Shown here in pieces: positions 1-11,707 of a stretch of DNA of 64,000 nt (its first letter is position 1; each line of letters begins with the position of its first letter). This stretch comes from Ophelia neglecta (taxonomy: Eukaryota), in NCBI GenBank assembly GCA_965285935.1, contig OZ260667.1, forward strand, positions 36,952,001 to 37,016,000. The letters run 5' to 3'. Under the pieces are notes generated by a model. The model saw only the letters and a program-made list of their open reading frames with translations, was not told the origin of the DNA and did not search any database. Position numbers and translations under genes: made by a program.

Positions 1-3000
1 AATCGATAAATTATCCGGTTCCTTCTATGCATGAGCACGCCGGCGGGTGTGATAGAGTTGGTGTGGTCGAGGAGGGTAGCGCGGGTCGGCTGGTTGTCCG
101 CTGTTTGGGACAGCTTGGGACAGATTGGCTACCGCTTCTCTCACTAGGTATGGACCCCATCCCCCCAGCCTACCGTTATCGCACGGCAGCCACCGCCGTG
201 GCTCCACGCCCTGTCAGATAGAACACGCGGGTCATTACATGTTGGCGTCCAAGTGACACAAATTAAACGTCTTATCCCGGTATTGCGGGCGGCGAGAATC
301 AAGCGGGAATCACATTTCCCAGCCATTTCATTTTGGAAATGGCCTACTCATAAATGCATCATTTCTCGGCTTACCCCAACCGCTAATTTCTCGCCAATAA
401 TTGAATTGTGCGCAAAATCAGTAAATCGAATTAGGGCCAGCCGATGGTTTTGTTGTGCATATATAAAGTTGTTTGGCCATCGGCTCCGCTTTAATACGAC
501 TCTAGGCACTAAAAGGATTATCCTGTGCTCCTCAGATTACTTTATGAAATCCCATAAACGAGACTGCCGCCAGTAGCTGCGGCAGACCTACTGCCTCCAT
601 CTTTATTTCCCTATGAAGCTTTTCTGACGTAAGCATCTGCCAGATTTAACGTGAATTTCCCGTAATGAAATATTGGCCTAGCCGTACGATGACATGTCAT
701 CGTGTCGTCATAAAACCAGTTTGTCTTCCTGCAGATAACAAGCTGCCTATTGGCACTCTTCTAACCAAACAGGATCCTTTTCGGATATGAATTTCGCGAG
801 TTTAATTACTTTCGTATAGGGCTTGGTGTTCCCATTTAAAGCTTTGATAGGCATTCGCATAGTGTAAACTTAAATACTGAATTGGCGAAGCTTCTTAATT
901 ACCAATGTCATTTTGTTTTGTAACGCCAAAAGAAATGGACAGTAAAATGTAGACAGTCGCAAGAATAAAAAAAAAACAAATCAACAGAGACGCTCCTGCT
1001 TATGGTTCCTTGTAGGCTATATCATTGTACAATCTTATGAATGGCAATCGACATATTGGTCTGTTGTACAGACGACAGATCTGCAGTTCCTGGGTTACTG
1101 TGACTTGACCAACCAACTATACAAAATACACAAAGAAGCCAATCTCTCATATATACCCGCCCCCTCCCCCTCTATCTCATTCTTTATATAGGCCTATCTC
1201 CCCTTTCTGAAAAGCAGCCGATACAAAGACCATATAGTTGAAAAGTGAGCAAACATATAGGTGGACAGATTGGGGACTTTGTCTAGGCCTATATCAACCG
1301 TTGATTTTGAAACCTGAAATGAAGGTTTCCGACTTACTTCCGCTATATAGTAAGTCCACGGGCTGTCACGGAATGCACCTCTGTATCGATTTCTTCAGGG
1401 ACCGCCTGAATGCACGTCTCCTTGCCTCTGAATCGGCAGAATATGGGACAGCCATAGATCAATAGCCTTGTTCATAAAAGAAAATTAATCAAAACTAGCA
1501 TATAGTGAAAATTAACAGGTGAGCGTAAGTGAAGATCTGTCCGGGACTCCAGAGTGCGTATAGGGACCCTGTCAGTTATGACAGGCATGCTGATCCCGGA
1601 GAACCTTGGAGCATCTCCTGACAGGGGTTTTTCTGTACCCCGAGATAGGTGGCCGATATTGCTGTATAGCTGAGTATTATGTTATTAAACACAGCGTTAT
1701 TTACGAGCATGTAGCCAATCGACTGACAGGCCTAACGGAGTTTCATAATAACACAACCCTCACCGTCTACCTATGCTCAATATCCAAATCTTAAAACCTT
1801 AACTCTCGCCTCGTTTGGCCCATGGGCAAACTCGGTATCAACAAACTGTCAGATTTTAATTTGCATGACAAAGATAGGGCCCACACGACGATAAGAGACA
1901 ATGCCTATTAAAATAAGAGGATCGGCCAGATAGGAAAGTTTGAGGGCTAGAATGAGAGAATATTTGAGCAATATCCGAATCTACATGTAAGAAAATAGAT
2001 AAAAATGTCACCGCTGTTCACATCGGGGAAAATCGCCTCTTGATTTATGAGCCACCTTCCCTCCCCACACATTTGATATTCGCTGATGGGAGCGGGCGAC
2101 AGGACTTTACGGCTCCGTTCGTTTTGTTTCATTGCCCTCCTGTGTTTATTTCCGCGCCCCTGAAGCGTGCAAGTTTTTTTCGGTCTTCGGCCCCTTGCAG
2201 TAGTTGTCCGTACTATTGGCTGCTCGTGTTCTAGCTGGATGCAAGCACGTGGTCGTAAACTATCCGAATTTTACCGCCAGCCACGATACTTCAAATCGAC
2301 CATAGGCGAGAGGTCAAACAACACAAAAACTACATTCCACGCCTAATGGCACATCTATTTCCTCTAGCTAGTTGAGAGTTATGGCAAATCGCGGTGTTCG
2401 ATAATAAAATCTTTGGATGGAGTAATTGATAAATCGGCAGTCGGCTAAGCAGATTGGTTTGCACGCATTGCAAGAGAAACTCAACTACACAGAAATAACT
2501 TTCTTCTCGTCATGTCTCTTTCTGTGACCTCTAAGACGTATATAAAAAGTATGTAAGCTTTGGGCACTTTTGTCCCCAGAGGGTTGGTGCATTAACAGGC
2601 GGGGCTTGGTTAAGCTAGGTGAAAGGCGCCCTCTAAGCGTCTGGTGGTGGCCCGTGACGGAAGGGCATTAAGAAATGCCTTCGGGGCTTTGTCGACAGTA
2701 AGATGTCCTTGCTTGTTCTAAAGGCCGTGTCGCTTGTAAAGGACCGTCTCCTACGCCACTGTCTGTGTTTGACAATCCCCCCGCTGTCCTCTGACTCAGT
2801 CCTCCGACCCCCTAGCGCCGCTCGGCTAATCGCCGGTTCGCAATCTGACGCAGTCCAGAACTTCAACAATTTGAAGGTCTCATTTATCAGTAATAACCAG
2901 AAATCTTAGGCGGAGGCGAGATTGCGAGTATTAGTGGTCAACCCAAGACAGACAGACATTGGCGCCCGCCTTGATCCCTGGCTATATAGGTCCACAGAGT

Positions 3001-5950
3001 AGAAAGACCCTGCGACGCTTCGTGGTAAACATCCTCTTCACCAACGTCAATCCGTCCATATAATATTATGTAGACACGCTGAAACTTTATTTAATCCCAC
3101 CCCAAAGCACAACCAATGGCTCCATTGTTTTGCAGTTGTCCAATGCTCTCCAGCTGCATCACCTGTATATATAGTATAAAACTGTCACATGCTAGACAAC
3201 AGCTCCTCAAAATTGGGCTTACAGACAATAACGACAGGTGCTGCTACGTGATGTAGCTCCGAACAGAAAAAAAGTGGGATTGAAGGATACGTGCTTTAAC
3301 GAGCACCCTTCCAACTAAGAGATTCCATTTTGTGTTGGTTAGTCGCTTGAACATCATATATCCTCTAATAGCGAAACTGGCACAGTTGACCGATAGGTGG
3401 AGCCTTCGCAGAGCGACTATACAGCCAACCACCCCCGTAATAAATAAGCGTATGACACAAATATAAAACAAGTCGTGGGCATTTTGTTAAAGGTCCATGG
3501 ACTTAAGAAAGTTAAGCTGCTCTACAAGAAACCCCCTTAACAACATTTTCATTGATTCGGAAATGAGCTCTCTGCTAAAAACAAAATACCTGACTTGAGG
3601 CCTTCATGACTGCAAACAGACAACACCTTTAGTTCCTTTGTGGAGTGGCCAGGTTTTCATGACGAGCTAACCCCTAAAGTGTACTAGATGGGCAAATTAA
3701 ATCAGATGAATTGTTTCATCAATCATACTCTCAATACAGAAAACCAAATATAGGGGAAATATGAAATGCTTTCAAACGCGTTCAAACGGTCTTCGAGCCG
3801 TAATAGATGCTTGGACATTTACTGTGTAGACTTAGAGGCGCAGTGTAACTCCCCATTACCACCAAGCCATAACTCTTCAGCCATTTGTCAAAAGTCTGAT
3901 ACATAAGACGGTTCTTGTCCTTGTCGGGCAAGGTGCGACACATTCTGTTCGATATTTGCTTGCTTAGTCAGTTTAGCCTTGCACGTCTTATTGACAAAGA
4001 CTTATGGATTTTCGGTGTTGTAAACAGGAGAAGACAAACCAGCGCCACAACCGATGAGGGCTGATGTATATAGTAGCTGATATATATAATTATATGTACC
4101 GCCTGCAAGTGATGCCTTCTTCCTCTACCTCTCCCAAATCCTTGAAGGTCGTTGTCAAATTCAGGGTATAAAATACACTCCCCGTAATAATGCGGGTTTC
4201 AAGGTGGCAGGACGATAAGGGTATGGATCGCATGGTCTGCCTCGGTTAGCTGCTAAGACCTCGGAGCGCTTTTCTGCCTCTGGGAAAGGCAGGATAATTG
4301 ATCTCCTCCAAAGTCGACGAGTGTATCTCTTTTGTTTGAAGCAAGTTGTCGCTGTTTGCGTTGCTCACGCTCTATTAGAATTTCTGCGGTGAATTCGATG
4401 ATTGCCGCGCTGGAGTTTGCTACCAATCAAAGAAATTCCTCTAGTTTTCCTCGTTGATCATACATCAGAGTTTAACAACTCTCCGCTCGAATTAGCCAAC
4501 TTCTTGGAGAGTCGCTGGCGTTGGGCGCAAATATTGAGTTCGCTTGTCGATATCAGACGAGTGGCTTTCAATCTACTTCCCTGGGTAAACACTGGCGCCA
4601 GAAAGGGCAACAAATTTCTAGCAAGAAAACTCCTCCAAGAACATTCCAAGGTGGTTGATATTGTTCTAAAAGAGCTTTAGAAGACAGGATTTCATTTATA
4701 AATGTGTATTTGATTTCATCTGAGATAAATGCTTTATTTCAGCGGAGAGCTTGGGTTAACATATTATTGGGCGACATGCTCGCAGGAAACGAAGCAAATC
4801 ACTTACGGGGTGTTCTATGTCTCAGTCATATTTTTCGGGGCTGAAGTCTTGGTTTAGAGATTTTGCTCTGACCTTGGCTTGGTCCCAAGAAGGTCAAAGG
4901 GCTAACCATCTCACGTGCTACCATTCCTTGTCACTTTTGTTTCTGACTCGATTTTTACGACATTCGCCCCTGTTGTCTACACTAAAATTATTTCTGGTTT
5001 AGGTTTAGCGAATAAGAACCGGTAGGCCGTGTTTATTGTACGCGTGGCGCCTGCCTCGAATGTTGCCCGTTTCCAAGATGTTTAATATAGAGTCGGTTTG
5101 ACAATTCTGGACAGTTGGCGCTAGAATGCTGCTCTTTCGTTTGAATCTACGCCCAACTTGCCACCAATGCCCTCGGACTGCGTCATATGCCATTAAGTTC
5201 TGCCAGTCGGTTAACACCATCATAATACGCAAGGCTGCTTAGGTAAACGAATATAGGCCATGGGGCCTTCTCCGATCTTAACTCGCTTTATAGCTCGACT
5301 ATTGCGTGGATAAAGTAGCTAACTTTCCGATCCTGTCACTTCAATTTATCATTGCGCTCATTAACAGGCGACAAACGAGTATCAGTTCAAATGTTATGAT
5401 TGGCCAAGCTCAATCAGTCCCTCGGACTCGGGTCTCCAGAGACTGGGAAGACCAGAGCTTCTCTATTGTCAGCTGCTTACCACAGACCTTGTCTGTTAGT
5501 GCGTGGGAGGGGTCCAGTCTTGTACCAATCTTTTAACAAGAGCCTGGAGATATCCGATACTCTCAATGACCATACAAATAAGCTTAGGTGTATCTGAAGG
5601 CTTTGCCCTTAGCGGCAGATGTCACTGTAAAGTATGATGATGCATAAAATGGCACATATAGCGCAGTTAATACATCATTTCGACTCACCTACTCCGGTTT
5701 TAGGCTGTCTAAATCTGCGCCAGATGAATTTCGGTGGTCCCTGATCGACGTATAGCGAATAAAAGACTGGCAGAATTTAATATAAGTAAACAGATCCAAG
5801 GAATCATCAATCTTGATCAGCACTAGCATGGGTGTACACAACGGCATTATAATTTTTACCACTGGATATATCAGCTCTCTGTGATATTCCTTTATACTCC
5901 AGTATATAGATGCTGTTTGAATGCGTTATGCTTGGATGAAAAACGCCTAC
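1..5950. promoter_or_regulatory. CpG-rich, non-coding, probably unmethylated regulatory/intergenic domain
   Basis: About 25 CpG in the first 300 nt versus 1 in 32101-32400. No convincing ORF. Many homeodomain/TALE-type motifs. Confidence 0.5.
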
Positions 5951-6979
5951 GGTACTTGTACAGGCTTATACAAGCCTTTTGCATTGTATATACCTATTAC
6001 ATCCATCGAGATATAACAGACTTCCCAATACTGGTACAGGGAAGAGCTCTTAGCCTGTATTTATACATTGTTGATTATGCCCAAATGACAAAATTGTGAT
6101 TATGAGTAAAATAGTTATTTTATTGATTCTATACGCATTGCCTGCCTATTACTTGTGATAGGTGAGTTATTTGAGTATGGATGATGACAGATTACAAACG
6201 GGATAAATGTTCTAAAAAACCATATTTATGTATAAGCAAATTGATTATGCACAATTTTGCTTCTATGGCATTGGCAATTAATTCCTAATTCCTACAAGGT
6301 TTCATGCCAAATATGTTGCTTCATATTTGAATGCTTCATTTCTGAAACCCTTCTGCTTGTTTTTCTACATGGGACCTAATGAATATAAACGCTAGAACAT
6401 TCTTCGGACTAGATTGAAGAACAGAGAAGGCACCATTATCTGGATTCAATATAGACTGGCGACAACTGTCCCCCAACCAAACAGCAAATCTTATTACACA
6501 GCAACCAAGTGTTTTTCTCTCTCGGGAGAAGGAATTGATCGCCACAATTAAGTGTGATTAATTTTATGGAAATCAGAGTGCCACAGCCATGTATTGCCTA
6601 GCTTGGCGTTAAATCAGGCTGAAGACGGACAGAAATTCTGCTCTTTCCTGACACTGTACAGAATTAAATAAGGTCATTGGTGGTTTAGCAGAGCACAGAT
6701 AGTCTATATTAAACCATGTACTGTGAAGCTTACTTGTATATATGTATATATACATGTATATATATACAAAGCAATAATGGATAGGATATATGTAGCAAAT
6801 TGTAGACTGATAAAAATATTCTTAGAACTGAAAGTACTTTCGTTTTAGAGGAGCTTATACTATATACATATATATAATAAGATTTTTTTTTCCTGTTTTA
6901 AAGAAACTTTTTGTGTAAAAAGGACGTTTTTAAAGTTGATATCAAATCTATATTAGGAACAAAATCTGCAAAACAGCAG

Positions 6980-7045
6980 CAATCAATAAAGAAAAAAATA
7001 AGGAACACAAAATACCAGGTATACATTTTCAAATAATCTTTTATT
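6980..7045 (-). terminator. Distal polyadenylation signal AATAAA (7040-7045) with downstream GU/U-rich element
   Basis: Minus strand reads AATAAAagattatttgaaaatgtatacctggtattttgtgttccttatttttttcttt. Confidence 0.7.
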
Positions 7046-9185
7046 CATCTTCAGTTGCTGCTGCACAGTACACTACCCAGTTCTGGACCACAACTTACAG
7101 TGTGAAAACACCTCATGATAATAAAACAAGTTAAAAATATTCACATTTTCATCAATGTCCAACCATTGCATAGACCATGGTACCCGAAAAATGTTTTTTT
7201 TTGTTTCGCTGGAAATCCTGAACAGATCCCCCCTGCATGGCTATTTAACTAGTATACAGGGGCAGACAGTTCCGATTGAGTGTCAAATCAGTTGAAATCC
7301 ATTATTTTAATCCATGTTTTATCTCTCTAGGTAATGTCTACGGGGATGGATGGACAGTAACTGATATTATCTCTTGTGGCATTTCTTTACAAACATCTAC
7401 GCAGGTCTACTTTCTAATGCATACTAAGTTCTGGTATAATGTAATGACACTTTACAGGACACGATATAACAGGCATCTGTACAAACAATTCGTTTTTAAC
7501 ACGTTGCCCCTACCATGGCCAAGCAAGAATGACGGGCGCCTTATCCCACCACAAGCAATGCCCTTTAATACCCATTATATCAGTATATAGCACTTTGGTA
7601 TCTTTACATGTACAAGGTAACACGCTAGCAACTTGCACATCTTTACTTCTTCTCACTACAGACCTCACTACTATTTTCAAAATACCTGATTGATCATAAG
7701 ATGTTAGAAAAAGAATCGGTGCGAACCAGTGCCTTAGTTTTTGGATTATTATTACTCACTTGGTTACTGGCACAGGATAATAATAGCCTTAACGTGGAAA
7801 GTTACTATGGATGATTCTCTTTGTCCAAACTATACACCATCACCGAAATCTTTCACTTAACTCCCGTCTAAACTGCTCCCAGATTTAGACTTGACCTCCA
7901 CGTATTCACACCAATGCAAACTAAGATATAACACACTAGGATTTTGGCACATATGAACATGGATGGTTTTGTAAATGCCTGATGTGCACCTTAGTGGAAG
8001 TAAATATTACAAAATGGCTACTAGACCAGCATCTGATGAACTCCGATTCCACATGCAGACAACTACACTTGTTCAGTACTGTACAAGGAATGTATATCAT
8101 TGGTGTGTGTGGTCAGATGAGGAGTGCATCCCTTTCTACATTCTACACTAACAGCTATGGTACATGCTACCTCGAAAACCCAGTAATGTACAAAGATCTT
8201 TAACAGCATTTACATACGAACCCTTCCCTTTCTTAGTGTACTATTCCACAGCATGATGGCATTACTGAAGGGTGTCGGCTGGATCCTGCTGGATCCACAG
8301 CCAAGCACCCCGGGCCAGAACATGTCCAAAGAACATCTACGAAGGGAAGGGTTGGTATTTACAAGGAGGCCACCAATCCAGCTCAGCATAGTTAAAGAAA
8401 AACCAACAAAACCAGTAAATTTTAAGATCCTGATACATTAATAAAAAGGATAGAAAATTAAAGTCCGAGACAGCAAAATGTAAGTACAAGTCTAACGTTA
8501 GTTTGGCTACAGGCTATTTTAAAAGATACAACTGATTTGGCAGTTCATTATTATTATTACTTATAATATTTGTACCCTGTTTGCGTAAATCTTCCGAAGT
8601 GACCTGATTTTTAGTAACAACACTGCCAGTTTCATCCCTGGCAGCGTCTGCATGTGTGTTCTGTACAACTAAGTGTGGCTCACTAAACTTTAGAAATACC
8701 ATCTAAGTAACACAACACTCTTTCGTTCAGTACACAGTTAGGCAGATATCCTGTACATAACTATAGGCGCTTTATGAAACCTAAATTATTTGCTGATGCC
8801 GGGGTGACCCCCTTCATTGTGTCTAGTCCAAAATATGTAATATTTAAGTTTTCATTGTTCGTACAGACCTCTTGATGTCAACTACCAAACTGTCCTACTC
8901 CATGATATGGGCTCCAGAGCATAATATAAACCTCGTGCGCATTAAATAACATTTGAATGTACAGAGATATGTAGTTCTTTTAGATGTATGCTCACATCCA
9001 CAACAAACCACTACAACTTTATAGATGACTATTGTGATAGATCTAAGCTATTTGATATATATATATTATCAATGGAGACAGAGTATAAAATACTGGCGTT
9101 TGCTTTAGATTTGTACATATACATCATCCATCACATGTCCCAACCAAACCATATACAATTTACAAAAGACAAAACATGAAAAACA

Positions 9186-9227
9186 ATAAAATGTGAATCA
9201 ACATAAAATGTGAATCAACATAAAATG
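9186..9227. repeat. 17-bp tandem duplication ATAAAATGTGAATCAAC x2.5 in the 3' UTR
   Basis: Directly visible. Confidence 0.85.
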
Positions 9228-9339
9228 CGACGCCCCTACTAAGCAATAAACGGGGCTAAAAAGGTTGCGTATACTCAGATAACTCATTAAAAAATGTTTC
9301 CATAGCATATCATTATAATATATAATTGTTTTGGTGACT

Positions 9340-9345
9340 TTTATT
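9340..9345 (-). terminator. Possible proximal polyadenylation signal AATAAA
   Basis: Canonical hexamer on the minus strand followed by U-rich tracts further downstream. Weaker context than the distal site. Confidence 0.35.
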
Positions 9346-11707
9346 GATATTTCTGTCCATATTGGTTTTGTCACTCACTCTCTGCCATGGTGGCCATGGC
9401 GTCTTTCATATCGCACAAAATAAAACAAGATTTTTAACTCGGTTAACTAATGAATCTCTTTGTGACATTTGAATCGTTAAGTATACAATAAACTCATTTC
9501 TTGAGTAAGCTTTTCTCGTTGTGGTTTATGCTAAATAACAGTTTCCCTAGCCAACTACCAAGAACTTTTTACACATGAATATTGAATCACAACAAGACAA
9601 ATTTTGGCATAATTTCACAGCTGAAAACAACCTGTACAAGTGAGTGTGCAAAATCTAAAAGGCTAAAACAGGACATGAAAACAAGACACGAAAACATGTC
9701 ATTTCCTAAAATTTTGGACAAAGCCACTTCGTCAACTTGGTTATTTAAATCTCTCTAACAGATCTGAGATAAAACTTCCCCTGTGAGTCATGATTTAATT
9801 TTACGTGTCAAAACCCTGTTTGTGCATCTTCTCAAATATATACATTTGAAACAGACTGGTTTTGCCCTGTGAAAAGTCATTAAAACCACTTTGAGGGGGG
9901 GGGGGGGGCAATTAAAGACCAAATGAAGACCGAGTTGTTAAAACATGAAATCACAAGGAGGGAAAATTGCAAACCTAAAGAAAGAGTTTCTAAAACAAAA
10001 AATGGTTCTACAAAACCATAAAATATGAAGAATTTGTTTAAATCGTTTATCATTGTTCATGTTAACTCTGCAAGTTTGGGAGCCTTATGTGTATAAAATC
10101 CTACAAGTCAACATACAGACACTAACATAGATTATAGTCACTACAGCCAGTTAAGTTTGATTACAAGTCATTAATAAATATTGATACAAGTAATTTCACC
10201 ACCAAAATAATTAAGTAGCCATTATTTAAAATCACATTTATATATCATATTCATACAGTGGGAATATACCCAAATATTTAGATACAATATTGCTTTAAAT
10301 GTCCAACACAGTTCATCATTATTTGTCATCTGAAATAGGTAGATCCCCATTTGCGTATACTTGTGTTTCAATGCATCTTATGTAAAGCACTTCGGGTTTC
10401 TGTGTTGTTGCAGGACGTAAATAAATAGTAGTAACTTTGCAAAAATGTAACAAACTAGCGTAGTGAGACATTGTAGTCTTCATGTGCTTCATGCGTAGTA
10501 CACATTACATGCCCTGTATGTCCAAGTCCATCAATATAACTACCGGAGGTATGGCAATATTCATAATCATATAAAAATACAACTTAGAATGAGACCAACT
10601 AGAAGAATAAAACTTCAAAAAAGTTAGACATCCTAACTAGGAGATTATTTGCTTCAGTTCTTATTGCGTAGGTACACAACTGGTAAATCAGGAAATCTGA
10701 ACACTAGGCTAATGAGATAACAGTATAAAAAATAAAGCATCTTGGCTCCCTTGCTGCCGTGTATCCAAGGAGACGACCTTGACTAGGCTGCATAGAGGTC
10801 ACCGTGTCGCCAAAAAACCCAGACGACAAAGACGCGATCAAAGGAAGTGGGAGCAAATCAATGGTTGGCAAACCCTAATCGATGTGGTGTCTACTCTGTG
10901 CTTGTACATTATTGTTTGGTATTGACAACAGATATATATAGTAACATGTACAAAGGATGTGTATGCTGTGGCTACATATGTATATGAATATAGGTTATAG
11001 TTACATATATAGTTTCTACTCTGAACAACTAGGTAAACATACTACATCGAGTTCACTACATGCTACGTCTACAATCGAGTATATAACTACTAACTAGTAT
11101 AATGTATATATATTGTATACATTACAGTTTGAGACACTGGTACATTCTAATGAGACCAAAAAGACCTTAAGTACCAGGGGAAACAAAGTTGCAATGTGTT
11201 AAAAATCAAAGAGAAAAATCACAAGATCAACCAATACAATACTTAGTGCAAACTTTTGGTAGAGCACTGTCAGAATACAGGTATAATATACCAGGGAACA
11301 GGACATTCAGTATTGTTAAAACATCATACAATAGAGTAAAATACACTGTAATTTGTGATGAATAAGCATTCATATAAAATGTCCACTGGTTATATGTATA
11401 CATATATCATATTCCCTGTAGAACTGTATAATAATATTCACAAACACAGGCAGTCTCACCAAGAGATTACTTTCCATATTTTCAAATAGTATTATACAAT
11501 AGTAAATTGGTTAAAACACATTTTGATAATGTGCTGATGACTCGAGAATTCTGCAAAGACATATTATCCCCATTGGGTCCCCTTTAAGTAGAAGATCCTC
11601 ACTCCGTGCATGCAGATCACTTCATTGTGCCCGTTGATCAGTTAGGTTCCTAAATGTGCTCCGGCCTAATGCCACCAACTTTCCGACTTCTATCTGCTGA
11701 GGAAACC

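Larger units (their letters stand above)
7022..11707 (-). other. msi: Terminal exon / ~4.7-kb 3' UTR of musashi (3' end approximate)
   Basis: Starts at a strong acceptor, is U-rich on the minus strand, has no long ORF, and ends at a canonical poly(A) signal with a downstream U/GU-rich element. Confidence 0.65.

Noticed and set aside
4402-4680. 92-aa ORF and other short ORFs in the CpG-rich flank
   Set aside because: No homology that I recognise and no convincing exon chain. A non-coding or unrecognised exon cannot be excluded.
7022-11707. Single miRNA seed matches in the 3' UTR (miR-137-type near 10288, miR-9-type near 7593)
   Set aside because: A given 7-mer has a sizeable chance of occurring in 4.7 kb, so these are uninformative without conservation data.
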